From an uncultured Candidatus Saccharibacteria bacterium (GTDB lineage: Bacteria > Patescibacteriota > Minisyncoccia > Minisyncoccales > MHMH01), in NCBI GenBank assembly GCA_964568775.1, contig CAZMQW010000005.1:1-61007 (forward strand): a stretch of 61,007 nt of DNA. The letters run 5' to 3'. The notes under the pieces were generated by a model that was given only the letters and a program-made list of their open reading frames with translations, was not told the origin of the DNA and did not search any database. The number at the start of each line of letters is the position of its first letter. The first letter of the stretch is position 1. This document shows, piece by piece, positions 25,405 to 35,262 of the stretch. The translations under genes were made by a program, and so were the position numbers.

Positions 25405-27070
25405 GGTCGGGCGGAATCTGATAATAATCAATAATGTATTTGGCCAACTTCTGGAAAATTGGCACGGCCGAATATTCGGCCGTGTTGGTGGCCGGATCAT
25501 TCAGCTTGACCAGAATCAGGAATTTGGGGTCAAAGGCCGGGGCATAGCCGACAAAGCTCTGCCAGGTTTTGTCCGAATATCCTTCCTTGCTTATGTCCAA
25601 AGCAGAATAGGAAATCTGGGCTGTCCCTGTTTTGCCAGCCACCCAGTAACCGGGAACCTGAGCCGCTTTGCCGAATCCGTTTTCCACCACGCTCACCAGC
25701 ATGGCCGTCAATTTGGAAGCAGTTTGAGAAGAAATTACATTATCAGTGCTTTTAAATTGGGTTTCAACCAGGTAAGGGGTAATGAGCGTGCCGCCGTTGG
25801 CAATCGCGCAGAAAGCCCTGACCAGCTGGATCGGGGTCATCTCAATCCCCTGGCCAAAGGAGGCGGTGGCAAAGTTTATCTCCCTTCCCTGTTTGAACTC
25901 GGTGTTGGCAGGAGAAATCTCCCCCCAAAGGTCAATGCCGGTCTCTTCAAAAATGCCGAACTTCTCAACGTATTTCAAAAAATTATTGTGGCCAAGTTCC
26001 CTTTCGGCGAAAACCGCTCCGGTGTTGATTGATTTTTCCAGCACATTGGTCATGGTCAACTCGCCGGTGTCGTTTTCTCCCCGATAAATTCTTTCTTCGT
26101 AATTGCAAACCTCGTACCCGCTGGCTTCGTAGCAGCCCGGGTCAAAATAAGTTGTCTGGGGAGTAATTTTACCCGCATCCAGAGCCGCGGCCATGGTTAT
26201 GGGCTTGAAAACAGAACCCGGTTCAAAAATCTTCTGGATGGCGTCGTTCTGGAAAATAGTGAAATCATTTTCTCCAGCGTATTCGTTGGGGTTGAAACCG
26301 GGCGAGTTGGCCAGAGCCAGTATTTTTCCCGAAGCAGGCTCAATCACAATAATCTGGCCGCCGTCAGTCTGAAGATTCTCTTCGGCTTCCCGCAAAAGCC
26401 TTTCCGCCAAATACTGAATGTTGTAATCAATCGTCAAAACAATATCCAGACCGCGAGAAGCGCTGACCGTGTCCTGGGAAAGAAACAAATAACCCAACGG
26501 CCCTCTTTCCCCGGCCAAAAATCCTCCCTCTCCTTTTAAAACATTGTCCCAGTATTCCTCAACCCCGTACTGGCCTTCACCTTCCTTGTTAACAAAGCCC
26601 AGAATATTGGCGGCGAATTCGTTGTAGGGATAATAACGCATATTTTCGTCCCTGGTATAGACACCGACCAATTCCGCCGCCTCCAACTCCTCCAATTCCG
26701 TTTGGCTGATTCTTTCTTTGACCAGCTCGTAAAGACTATCCTGCTGAACTTTTTCCAGCAAAACCGCTTCGTTAACCCCGAGCATTCCGCTCAAAGTCCG
26801 GGCGATCTCGGCTTGTTTCTCAATGGGAATTTCCTTGGGTGATATGTAAACCAAACTATAGGTTTTTGTGGTGGCAATGGGATATTCTTGGTTCTGGAAA
26901 AATATATCACCCCTCTCCCCTTCCAAGTTTTTGGAAAGAATCTGCTGACCTTTGGCTAAAGCGGCGTAATAGTCATAATTTAAAACTTGCAAAAAAAACA
27001 AACGACCAAGAATGGTCGCGGCGAAAAGACAAATAAAGATTAAAACCAGGTTGATTCGCCAGTTCTTCAT
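25397..27070 (-). CDS. ftsI: Class B penicillin-binding protein (FtsI/PBP3-like)
   Basis: N-terminal TM, GERGDI, FEPGSVFK (SxxK), SIN (SxN), GKTGTAQ; position after mraZ-rsmH-ftsL. Confidence 0.9.
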   Translation of the reverse strand: MKNWRINLVLIFICLFAATILGRLFFLQVLNYDYYAALAKGQQILSKNLEGERGDIFFQNQEYPIATTKTYSLVYISPKEIPIEKQAEIARTLSGMLGVNEAVLLEKVQQDSLYELVKERISQTELEELEAAELVGVYTRDENMRYYPYNEFAANILGFVNKEGEGQYGVEEYWDNVLKGEGGFLAGERGPLGYLFLSQDTVSASRGLDIVLTIDYNIQYLAERLLREAEENLQTDGGQIIVIEPASGKILALANSPGFNPNEYAGENDFTIFQNDAIQKIFEPGSVFKPITMAAALDAGKITPQTTYFDPGCYEASGYEVCNYEERIYRGENDTGELTMTNVLEKSINTGAVFAERELGHNNFLKYVEKFGIFEETGIDLWGEISPANTEFKQGREINFATASFGQGIEMTPIQLVRAFCAIANGGTLITPYLVETQFKSTDNVISSQTASKLTAMLVSVVENGFGKAAQVPGYWVAGKTGTAQISYSALDISKEGYSDKTWQSFVGYAPAFDPKFLILVKLNDPATNTAEYSAVPIFQKLAKYIIDYYQIPPDHE

Positions 27071-27072
27071 AA

Positions 27073-27414
27073 TTATTTGGCCAATACGGTTGTACCGGGC
27101 ATTCTCAAATAGTGGACCTGGCCGACTGCTTCGTAATCCATCTCGGCCAAGAGTGCTTCCAAATTAGTCAGGGAGCTGAGACTGGTGAAATTGGCCGATA
27201 AAATCTGGCTTTCCTGGCTGAACTCGGCTATCTGTTTCTCGTGGCTGGAGATATAAAAACCAGCCTCGGTCAGCCCGTTCACTTGGAAAATGTAGCAACC
27301 CAGCAAAAATAAGACCAAAACAAGACTTAAGATAAGCCAAGTTCTCAAGCTGAATTGGCTCCTGATATTAGGTAGGCGCAGACTGACTGGTTTTAGGGTT
27401 AAAATATTGTTCAT
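27073..27414 (-). CDS. FtsL-like cell division protein
   Basis: Single TM plus coiled coil between rsmH and ftsI. Confidence 0.6.
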   Translation of the reverse strand: MNNILTLKPVSLRLPNIRSQFSLRTWLILSLVLVLFLLGCYIFQVNGLTEAGFYISSHEKQIAEFSQESQILSANFTSLSSLTNLEALLAEMDYEAVGQVHYLRMPGTTVLAK

Positions 27415-28265
27415 AGTTTTATCGCCGCTCTTAACTTGGCCGATCTGGCCCGGGGATTAATTTTAATTTCTTTAAACGCGGGCACAACCGGCTTTTTGTT
27501 TAAAGGTTTCAGCAGCTCGTTTTTGAAAAAGTTTTTCACAATCCTGTCCTCCAGCGAATGGAAAGAAATCACCACCAGCCGCCCCCCGGTCTCCAAAACC
27601 TCCAAAGCTTGAGGGAGCACGCTCTCCAGGTTACCCAATTCGTCGTTCGTAGCTATTCTCAGGGCCTGGAAAGTTCTGGTTGCAAAGTGAATTCTTCCTC
27701 TTAAATATGCCTTAGGCACTGCTTTTTTAATTATGGCAACGAGCTGTAAAGTGTCTTGAATCGGCTTTTGCTTCCTCTCTTCAGTAATCTGCTCGGTTAT
27801 GTCCTGGGCGAATTTTTCCTCGCCGTATTCTTTCAATATTTTTTCAAGATCGAACTTGGACCAGTAATTGATTATTTTTTCGGCTGTCAACTGATACTCG
27901 GTATTGTATCTCATGTCCAAGGGTTCTTTTTTTTGGAACGAGAATCCCCGGCCTGAATTTTCCAGATGCCACGAACTCATACCTAGGTCAAAGAGAATGC
28001 CGTGGACCCGATTGAAATTATTTTCTTTGACGATCTCTTTTAAATTGGCAAAGTTATCGCAAACCAGAATCAGGTTGGGAGTTTTTCTGGAATCACGCAC
28101 CATCTCAAAGCTCCAATCAATCCCCAAGATTTTTCCCCGGGGCGATATTTTCTCCAGAACAGCCAAGCTGTGTCCCCCGCCCCCGAAAGTGCAGTCAATA
28201 AAATTCTCATTGGGCTTGGGTCCTAAATATTGAAGGACTTCTTTTTGTAAAACCGGAACGTGCAT
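27411..28265 (-). CDS. rsmH: 16S rRNA C1402 methyltransferase
   Basis: HVPVL, DCTFGGGGHS, FDLGMSS, PLDMR, SFHSLEDR, NPRARSAKLR. Confidence 0.97.
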   Translation of the reverse strand: MHVPVLQKEVLQYLGPKPNENFIDCTFGGGGHSLAVLEKISPRGKILGIDWSFEMVRDSRKTPNLILVCDNFANLKEIVKENNFNRVHGILFDLGMSSWHLENSGRGFSFQKKEPLDMRYNTEYQLTAEKIINYWSKFDLEKILKEYGEEKFAQDITEQITEERKQKPIQDTLQLVAIIKKAVPKAYLRGRIHFATRTFQALRIATNDELGNLESVLPQALEVLETGGRLVVISFHSLEDRIVKNFFKNELLKPLNKKPVVPAFKEIKINPRARSAKLRAAIKL

Positions 28266-28267
28266 AA

Positions 28268-28690
28268 TTAGATGCCCAGCTCCTGGGCCATTTCACCAAC
28301 CGTCTTTTCCCTCTTGTCTTTGTACTCCTGCCATCTGGCCTCGTCCCAAATCTCTATTTTATTGGAAAGCCCGATTAGGGCCACATTCTTCTCCAGAAAA
28401 GCGTATTTTTTCAAGTGGTCGGGAATCAACACTCTCCCCAACTTGTCAAAACTTACATCAATCGCACCCGACAACATGATTCTAATGAATCCCCTGGCAT
28501 CAACCTTACCGGCTGGCAAGGATTCCAGTTTCTGGGAAAGGTTCTGCCATTCCTTTAAGGGATAAATAACTAAACAATTATCAAGGCTTCTGGTTAAAAC
28601 CGCTTTTTTGCCCAATTCAGCCCGGAATTTGGCTGGAATGGATAATCTCTTTTTTTGATCAATAGTATAGATGTATTCACCAATAAGCAT
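28268..28690 (-). CDS. mraZ: Transcriptional regulator MraZ
   Basis: IDQKKRLSIPAKFR and FDKLGRVLIPDHL (DXXXR repeats). Confidence 0.95.
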   Translation of the reverse strand: MLIGEYIYTIDQKKRLSIPAKFRAELGKKAVLTRSLDNCLVIYPLKEWQNLSQKLESLPAGKVDARGFIRIMLSGAIDVSFDKLGRVLIPDHLKKYAFLEKNVALIGLSNKIEIWDEARWQEYKDKREKTVGEMAQELGI

Positions 28691-28693
28691 AAG

Positions 28694-28840
28694 TTATCCC
28701 CAGTTTAGGCTATTTATCCCCATACTTATCCACAATTTTCCACTACAGTTACATTATCTCCCACCCCAAAGACTTCGTCAACCTAACCAAAATAACAAAA
28801 AATAGCCTAATTTAGGCTATTTATCCACATCTTTTCCACA
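28694..28840. promoter_or_regulatory. mraZ upstream box cluster: MraZ-operator-like and DnaA-box-like repeats plus palindrome
   Basis: TTATCCCCA (28694, 28714), TTATCCACA (28726, 28821), TTTTCCAC[TA] (28736, 28832); palindrome AATAGCCTAA-T-TTAGGCTATT 28801-28821. Confidence 0.6.
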
Positions 28841-28884
28841 ATTGACCTTATTTTAATATAAAAATAGAGTTTCTGACCCCTATT

Positions 28885-30237
28885 TTAAGGATTAAGGGCT
28901 TTAGCAGTATAAATATTGGACGGATTCCACAACAACCAGCCAGAAGCCCCGGCTTCTTCGGCTCCCTGGATTTGAGCGAGGACTTTTTCAGCGTCGTAAT
29001 AAATACCGCGCGACGTATCAGAATTTAAATTAAAATTTTGCAACCAGGGCCGAATCTGAGTCTGAGAATCAAGCAAAGAAAGAAGGTCAACGGCGGAAAA
29101 AATAGACCTTGAAACGATCTCATAAGGATGATTGGAAACCACTTGATTAATATCTTCATCGTCATAAGGGAAAAATACAGCAGGCAGTCCCCGCTCCACA
29201 TCTTCATCAACCGAGAACCCGCCATAAAAATGACTGGGATAAAGCATAAAAGAAACATAGTCAAAAATAGAAGCAGCGTCAACCAATCTTTGGCCGATAT
29301 CCAAAGCCTGATATTGCGTGGCAATATAACCGAATAAATCAACCGAAAGAATGATTGAAGGTTTGTAATCTCTTAAATTATCGGCAAGATTTGAAAAGAA
29401 ATCTCCGATAACTTGATGTTTTTCTTCCTGCCCGTCATAAGTTGGATAAATAATATTTTCGACATCGCCGTCAGACGGAAAACGCACATAATCAAACTGC
29501 AACTCATCAAACCCGAAATCAATCACTTTTTTAGAAAAATCAACCAAATAATCTTGTACTTGGGAACTTTTGGGATCCAACCAATGTTGCCCGCTGGAAT
29601 CCTGCCAGACTTCTTCCGTGGTAGTGGCCGGGGTGCTGGTTGAGGTTAATATTGTTTTGAGATATAAATCGGGACTCTCTTCAACCAAAGAAGAATCGCG
29701 AAAAGCGCAGATTCTGGCAACCACCCAAATATCTTTCTGGTGAAATTCATTTATTAATTCCTTCAAAGAATCCGGCAGGTTGAGACCATAGGCTTCCTTG
29801 ACATCAATCACCACGCCGTTCAGTTCGGTTTCATCGAGCAGGTCTTTAATGGTCTGCCGGGCATTAAAAGCCGCTGGGCTTTGAGAGTTGGCGACAAATT
29901 CATTAATATAAAGCCCTTTGACCTGCCGAGACTTTTCTTTGGCCAGCGCTATTAAAACCAGCTTTTCCTTCTCTTCTTCAATAAACTTTTGGGTTTCGGT
30001 AATAACTTCTTCTGACTGTTCAATAATTTCTCGGGCCTTCTCGGCCAATTCCTCGGCCAGTTGATTTCCCGGTTCTGATTCCCCTGTTTCCTCGTCTGTC
30101 TCGGTTGTAACCGGATCCTGTCCTCCGGACGGTTGAAAAGAAATTACGGTTCTCCAATAATTGTAAATAAAAATTCCTCCGCCGATTAAGGCAAAGAGGA
30201 GGAAAATTAAAAAAACAAGGTAGCTTTTGGTCAGCAT
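28885..30237 (-). CDS. Membrane-anchored putative glycoside hydrolase (DUF4015-like TIM barrel)
   Basis: KGLYIN, NGVVIDVK, WLDPKS, GFDELQFDYVRFP, MLYPSHF, RPWLQ, WLLWNPSN. Confidence 0.8.
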   Translation of the reverse strand: MLTKSYLVFLIFLLFALIGGGIFIYNYWRTVISFQPSGGQDPVTTETDEETGESEPGNQLAEELAEKAREIIEQSEEVITETQKFIEEEKEKLVLIALAKEKSRQVKGLYINEFVANSQSPAAFNARQTIKDLLDETELNGVVIDVKEAYGLNLPDSLKELINEFHQKDIWVVARICAFRDSSLVEESPDLYLKTILTSTSTPATTTEEVWQDSSGQHWLDPKSSQVQDYLVDFSKKVIDFGFDELQFDYVRFPSDGDVENIIYPTYDGQEEKHQVIGDFFSNLADNLRDYKPSIILSVDLFGYIATQYQALDIGQRLVDAASIFDYVSFMLYPSHFYGGFSVDEDVERGLPAVFFPYDDEDINQVVSNHPYEIVSRSIFSAVDLLSLLDSQTQIRPWLQNFNLNSDTSRGIYYDAEKVLAQIQGAEEAGASGWLLWNPSNIYTAKALNP

Positions 30238-30248
30238 AATATATGTAT

Positions 30249-32813
30249 TTAAATCTTGAGGGCGAAACTGACCGGATCAACTTCAACTTTATCGCCCCTT
30301 TTCAGCTTGCCGGACAAAAGGGCAGAAGCCAAAGCGTTCTCAACTTTGTCCTGGATAACCCGCCTCATCTGCCTGGCTCCGAAAGTCGGATCATATCCCA
30401 GCTCAACGATTTTCTCTTTTAAAGGCTGGGCAATTTTAAAATCTATGCCCTTTTCCTTAAGATTTTTCTTCAACGACTGGAGCATCAGTTCGGCAATCGC
30501 CAAAAGATTTTCTTTGGATAAGGGCTGGAAAACTACCACAGCATCAAACCGGTTAATGAACTCGGGCCGGAAAATACCTTTTTCAAAAATATAATCCAAG
30601 AGTTTTTGTTTGACCGACGGCCATTCGGCTTTTTCCTTTAAGGCAGCCAGAATAATTTGGTAGCCGGCGTTGGACGTTGAAATAATGATGGAGTTTTTGA
30701 AATCAACTTTCTGGCCCAAGCCGTCCGTCAAAAATCCTTCGTCCAAAACCTGCAAGAACAAGTTCAGGATGTTGGGATGGGCTTTTTCGATTTCGTCCAA
30801 AAGGATTAGGGAAAAAGGAGATTCCCTGACCGGCGTAGTCAACAAGCCTTCCTCGCCCTTGCCACCGATTAATCTAGATATGTCTTTGACTGCCTGAAAC
30901 TCTGACATATCCAGCCTGATCATACGCGCTTCCGACCCGAAATAAATTTGGGCCAATGCTTTGGAGGTTTCGGTCTTGCCCACGCCGGTCGGACCCAAAA
31001 ACAGAAACGTACCCATGGGACCTTTGTGGACGGTCACTTCGGCCCGCGCCCTCCTCAACGCGGTGGAAACCTCTTTGACCGCTTCGTCTTGATTGATAAT
31101 CCTTTGATGGATCAATTTCTCCAGATTCATCAAAACCTCTTTTTCTTTGCCTTCAAGCTCGCCAACCGGCACTTCTGTTTTTTCAGTAATAATTTTGGCG
31201 ACGTGTCGGGGCAAAACTACTTTGTCCTTGGTTGATTTTTTGACGTAAATCACCAATTCATCCAGCAGATCAACCGCTTTCTTGGGAAAAGGCAAAGAAG
31301 GCATAAAGCGGGCCGTCAAAGCAACAATTTCCCTTAAGGCCGGATAACTGATAAAAAGTTTGTATTTTTGCTCTAAAGCCAAGGTGAGATTTTCCAGAAT
31401 CATCATGGTTTCTCTTTCGGAAACCTCGGCCGCTTCAATTTTTGCGAAAAGATTCAAGATGGAAGAATTCTGTTCAAGATTCCTGTGCAAACCGGCGTAG
31501 GTAGTAATAGCCACTATCTGGAATTCGGGCAAATGTAGATAAGAGGAGATGACGCCGGAAATGTCTATTTTGCCCGGTCCGGGCTTAACCGAAATGAAAT
31601 TATGAAACTCGTCAATCACCAAGACAATGTTGCCGGCTGAAATTGCTTCCCGAAAAATCTTGTCCAAAGTGGCCTCAACCTCTTCAACATCAGAAATTGA
31701 AGCCAGCAAAGCGGGCATATCCAATTCAATCACTCTTTTGTAATTGACGCCGGGCAAACTCTCTCCCAAAACCGATTTCTTGACCAATCCCTGTATTATT
31801 CCTTTTCTGCCCACTCCGGGCTCCCCCACCAATAGAACATTATTGTATTCCCGCCGGCCGAGAATCCGCTCGGCCTGCTCAATCTCTTTCTGATGGCCGA
31901 TGATTTCTGGAAATCTTTGTTTTTTGGCGGTTTCGGTCCAGTCGGTGGAATATCTGTCCAAGTTAAGGGTGTAGCCGGCCGTCCATTCTTTGGCCAAAGT
32001 GCCCCGCTTCATTAGATTTTCATACTGCCACCATTTTTTTCTCTCCTCGACTCTCTTTCTCAAAGATTCCAGCCACCAGCTTAAATTCTCGATGTCTTCT
32101 TTTTTCAAATTGGCGTCAATCAAAACTTTTCGGAAAACCGGATCGTGAGCCGCCAAAGCACTCAAAATGTCCCCGACCACCACTTTTTGATGGCCTCTTT
32201 TTTGGGCTATTTTCAGCGACTCCCAAATGGTGTCTTTATAATCCTGGGAATAGCCGACGCCGGCCTTGCCTTTCGCCTCATATTCTTTTACCTTATTCTT
32301 CAAAGCTGATTTAATTTCTTTCAGGTTCAGCAAATCCCGGTAAAAAATAAAGTCCAGGCCGGAAGTTTTCTCAAGAAGGAAGTGAAACAGGACGGTGGAA
32401 TTGGTCGGCGGGAGTTTGGCAGACTGGGCGAACTTATCCGCCGCATAAATTGCCTTAGCTGTTCCAAGATCCAAAAATTCGGCCAAGTTCACCTCTTTTG
32501 ACTTTTTTAAGGCGGTTTCGATATTGAAAGGCAGAATCGGTTTTTTGAGCTTGAGATTAAAAAAGGAATGCACCAGCCAAAATCCAATCGTCAACGCTAA
32601 AAATATTAAAGACAGTCCCAATAGAACGGCGCTGCTCTGGTCGGCAAAATTTCCGCCGAGAAAACCGTATAAGAATAAAAGGAAAGGAATTATAAAAAAA
32701 ACCAAAAATACTTTTTTGGAAAACTTGGCCAATACAAAACAGGGGTTTCTTGACCACTTAACGGCCTGGTAGATTCTGGCTTTTTTCAAATCAAAACAGA
32801 ACTTTGAATCCAT
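30249..32813 (-). CDS. ClpA/ClpB-family AAA+ ATPase with N-terminal TM helices
   Basis: Two AAA modules (GEPGVGRKG/IDEFH; GPTGVGKT/LDEIEKAH), RPEFINR, FGARQMRR; two hydrophobic helices at aa ~35-85. Confidence 0.88.
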   Translation of the reverse strand: MDSKFCFDLKKARIYQAVKWSRNPCFVLAKFSKKVFLVFFIIPFLLFLYGFLGGNFADQSSAVLLGLSLIFLALTIGFWLVHSFFNLKLKKPILPFNIETALKKSKEVNLAEFLDLGTAKAIYAADKFAQSAKLPPTNSTVLFHFLLEKTSGLDFIFYRDLLNLKEIKSALKNKVKEYEAKGKAGVGYSQDYKDTIWESLKIAQKRGHQKVVVGDILSALAAHDPVFRKVLIDANLKKEDIENLSWWLESLRKRVEERKKWWQYENLMKRGTLAKEWTAGYTLNLDRYSTDWTETAKKQRFPEIIGHQKEIEQAERILGRREYNNVLLVGEPGVGRKGIIQGLVKKSVLGESLPGVNYKRVIELDMPALLASISDVEEVEATLDKIFREAISAGNIVLVIDEFHNFISVKPGPGKIDISGVISSYLHLPEFQIVAITTYAGLHRNLEQNSSILNLFAKIEAAEVSERETMMILENLTLALEQKYKLFISYPALREIVALTARFMPSLPFPKKAVDLLDELVIYVKKSTKDKVVLPRHVAKIITEKTEVPVGELEGKEKEVLMNLEKLIHQRIINQDEAVKEVSTALRRARAEVTVHKGPMGTFLFLGPTGVGKTETSKALAQIYFGSEARMIRLDMSEFQAVKDISRLIGGKGEEGLLTTPVRESPFSLILLDEIEKAHPNILNLFLQVLDEGFLTDGLGQKVDFKNSIIISTSNAGYQIILAALKEKAEWPSVKQKLLDYIFEKGIFRPEFINRFDAVVVFQPLSKENLLAIAELMLQSLKKNLKEKGIDFKIAQPLKEKIVELGYDPTFGARQMRRVIQDKVENALASALLSGKLKRGDKVEVDPVSFALKI

Positions 32814-33177
32814 AGAAAAATGCCCCGACCAAAAGAAGGGGTAAAATTAACCAAATTATCAGAACGAGGGCTCCGCAGACAATAACGATTATCTCGGTGA
32901 AAATACCGAAAACAATCAAAATGCTCCTCATCAGCCCGCCGATAAATCTAGAAATCGCATTGAAAGTGAAGGCCTCAAAATATCTCTTGGGACTGAATCC
33001 CCGGCCGTAGGAATACTTGTACCGGCGCCAATGAGAGAACCAAGTACGCAGCAATAAAGGAACCGACCAATAATTCAGATTGAATCTGAGACAGTTGCCC
33101 CAACCAGATAAAATATTTTTGGCCGAATCTAAAAACTGCCACTGGAGATAAAGAATAAAAATATTCTGCCTCATCAT
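32791..33177 (-). CDS. Hypothetical membrane protein overlapping the Clp ATPase start
   Basis: 128 aa with C-terminal TM hairpin; 23-nt overlap. Confidence 0.75.
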   Translation of the reverse strand: MMRQNIFILYLQWQFLDSAKNILSGWGNCLRFNLNYWSVPLLLRTWFSHWRRYKYSYGRGFSPKRYFEAFTFNAISRFIGGLMRSILIVFGIFTEIIVIVCGALVLIIWLILPLLLVGAFFYGFKVLF

Positions 33178-33259
33178 TTATTTATTGTACCACAAAAATA
33201 AAAAGGCCACACTCCGTAAAATGTGACCCTATAATCTTAGGAATTTCAGCTGTCTTAGG

Positions 33260-33544
33260 TTAACCCCATCTAAAGTATATGCCCTCTCTATCTTCTTTCA
33301 GGCCTAACCGGATTCCGCCGAGCACTAATAAGAAAATGATTATGGGAATGGATATTAGTGCCGGATGGATAGTAAAAAGATACAACCCACCGCAGGCAAG
33401 GCCGACTAAAGGCGCCAGGATCAGGGCGATAATTACCCCGAGCAATCCAGCTACCAATGCTACAAACAGGACGACAAGGATTGCTATTATGGCTAAAACG
33501 AAGGCCAGAACTCCCGCTATTAAGCCGACGACAATTGCCGCCAA
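33260..33544 (-). CDS. Very hydrophobic small membrane protein (frame open to an ATA at 33613)
   Basis: Almost all A/V/I/L/G; own TTGACA-16-TATTAT promoter-like site at about 33625-33652. Confidence 0.6.
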   Translation of the reverse strand: MAAIVVGLIAGVLAFVLAIIAILVVLFVALVAGLLGVIIALILAPLVGLACGGLYLFTIHPALISIPIIIFLLVLGGIRLGLKEDREGIYFRWG

Positions 33545-33654
33545 ACTGACTAGTAGACCGATTAATAATACTCCCGCAATTACTAAAGCCAGTACATAAG
33601 CTGTTATTTTTATTGCGCGGGGGATAATAACAAATTATTAAAATTTGTCAACTG

Positions 33655-33727
33655 TGGGCACTACAGGACTCGAACCTGTGACCCCTGCCATGTGAAGACA
33701 GTGCTCTAACCACTGAGCTAAGTGCCC
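33655..33727 (-). tRNA. tRNA-Val (CAC)
   Basis: Cloverleaf GGGCACT/AGTGCCC, anticodon arm CTGTC-TTCACAT-GGCAG. Confidence 0.95.
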
Positions 33728-33828
33728 GAATTTCTGCCTCAATATTATCACGTTTCAATAAGAAAACAAATCCTCACAGGGCAGTTTGCCCGCGAAGATT
33801 TGTTTAATAATCTTCTAAAAGACGATTT

Positions 33829-34506
33829 CTATTCCTTAAGCTTCCTTTGGAAATTTTTCAAAATGTCGGCTGCTACATCTTTACCACCCAAACCAAAGGC
33901 AATACCGGCAGCAATCACTATTACCGCTACCAAGCCGGTAAACAAGGTTTGGACTAAAGCTGCGCCGACTCCCAACTGGACAAGAATGATGGAAAAAGCG
34001 AAAATCCAGATTGACCACTTGATAATCACGCCGACTATCTGACCGTAGCCAGTTCTGATTGATTCAACCGAGGCTCGGACCACTTTTTCCAGAATGTCAG
34101 CCAGAATTACCGCAACCACGAAAATAAAGGCAGCTACCACCACGTTGGGCAGATAAGCCAAAATTTCTTTTAGCAGTCCGGCAAATTCTTTCAATCCCAG
34201 GATTTCCACGGCGGCCATTAAAAAGACGATGACCAGAATCCATTTGATGATGGCGCCGATAAAACCGGCCGCATCAATTTTGAATTCAGCCCTGGCCAAG
34301 GCTTCTTTCCAAACGCCTCTTTCAAAAACGCGGTTGAATCTGAGCTTCTTTAAAAGTTCGGTAATCAGCTTGCCGATACCGACCGCAATAAACCAGCCGA
34401 TAACGAAAACAATGATGGCACCGACTAAAGCGGGAATAAAATCAAGGAAACCGCCCCAGAGATCCTCCAGTCTCGCTAGGGTAACGTCATACCAATTTGT
34501 TATCAT
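33829..34506 (-). CDS. TM-helix repeat protein (CmpX / small-conductance mechanosensitive channel-like)
   Basis: FIPALVGAIIVFVIGWFIA, YLPNVVVAAFIFVVA, AFGLGGKD repeats. Confidence 0.8.
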   Translation of the reverse strand: MITNWYDVTLARLEDLWGGFLDFIPALVGAIIVFVIGWFIAVGIGKLITELLKKLRFNRVFERGVWKEALARAEFKIDAAGFIGAIIKWILVIVFLMAAVEILGLKEFAGLLKEILAYLPNVVVAAFIFVVAVILADILEKVVRASVESIRTGYGQIVGVIIKWSIWIFAFSIILVQLGVGAALVQTLFTGLVAVIVIAAGIAFGLGGKDVAADILKNFQRKLKE

Positions 34507-34638
34507 ATTAATTCCTTGGTTAATTATATTAAATAATTAAATTCGACCTTTTCGAAGATTACTATATTATACAGAGTGCCAGAGAAACAAAAAAGCCTCT
34601 ACCTGTGGATAACTCAAAAACAGCTTATATATTAAAAA

Positions 34639-34659
34639 GAGCGAGGATTGACCTCGCTC
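34639..34659 (-). terminator. Intrinsic terminator after tRNA-Ala
   Basis: GAGCGAGG/CCTCGCTC stem followed by T run on minus strand. Confidence 0.7.
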
Positions 34660-34668
34660 ACATTAAGG

Positions 34669-34742
34669 TGGACCCGAAGGGACTTGAACCCTTAACCTCC
34701 GCATTGCAAATGCGGTGCTCTAGCCAGTTGAGCTACAGGCCC
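34669..34742 (-). tRNA. tRNA-Ala (TGC)
   Basis: Cloverleaf GGGCCTG/CGGGTCC with G3:U70, anticodon arm CCGCA-TTTGCAA-TGCGG. Confidence 0.95.
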
Positions 34743-34743
34743 G

Positions 34744-35226
34744 CTATTTCTGTTCCTTGGCCGGCTCTTCTTTCGGAACTTCTTCTTTTTTCTCTTCTTT
34801 CGGAATAGGTTTTGGTTCGGCTTTGTCTTTTTTCTCTTGAGGCTTTTCTTCTTTGGCTACTTCTTCTTTTTTCTGCGGTTCAGCCTCAGCCGGTTCTGGT
34901 TTTTGGGCTTCTTCTGGTTTGGCTACTGGCGCTTTTTCTTTTTTCTCTTCTTTCTTTTTGGGCTTTTTGTGGACCGAAATCTTCTCAGCCTGCAAAACCC
35001 CCTCTTTAATCAGTAAATTATGGATTGTGTCTGACGGCTGAGCTCCCCGTTCCAGCCAATACTGCGCCCTTTCTTTTTTCAGCACAAGCTGTTTGGTAAC
35101 GGGATTGTAAAAACCGACTTCCTCGACAAAACGGCCACCGCGAGGTGGATTTTGTTTTTCGGTCACCACAATCTTGAAGGAAGGCTGATTTTTCTTGCCG
35201 ACTCTCAATAAACGAATAACTAACAT
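34744..35226 (-). CDS. rpsP: 30S ribosomal protein bS16 with long K/E/P/A-rich tail
   Basis: LVIRLLRVGKKNQPSFKIVV, VGFYNP, GAQPSDTI. Confidence 0.95.
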   Translation of the reverse strand: MLVIRLLRVGKKNQPSFKIVVTEKQNPPRGGRFVEEVGFYNPVTKQLVLKKERAQYWLERGAQPSDTIHNLLIKEGVLQAEKISVHKKPKKKEEKKEKAPVAKPEEAQKPEPAEAEPQKKEEVAKEEKPQEKKDKAEPKPIPKEEKKEEVPKEEPAKEQK

Positions 35227-35262
35227 ATGGAATAATTATACTTAAAAACAGTTAAATGTCAA

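Noticed and set aside
34744-34990. Low-complexity K/E/P/A stretch as a repeat element
   Set aside because: It is the in-frame C-terminal tail of bS16; such extensions are common.
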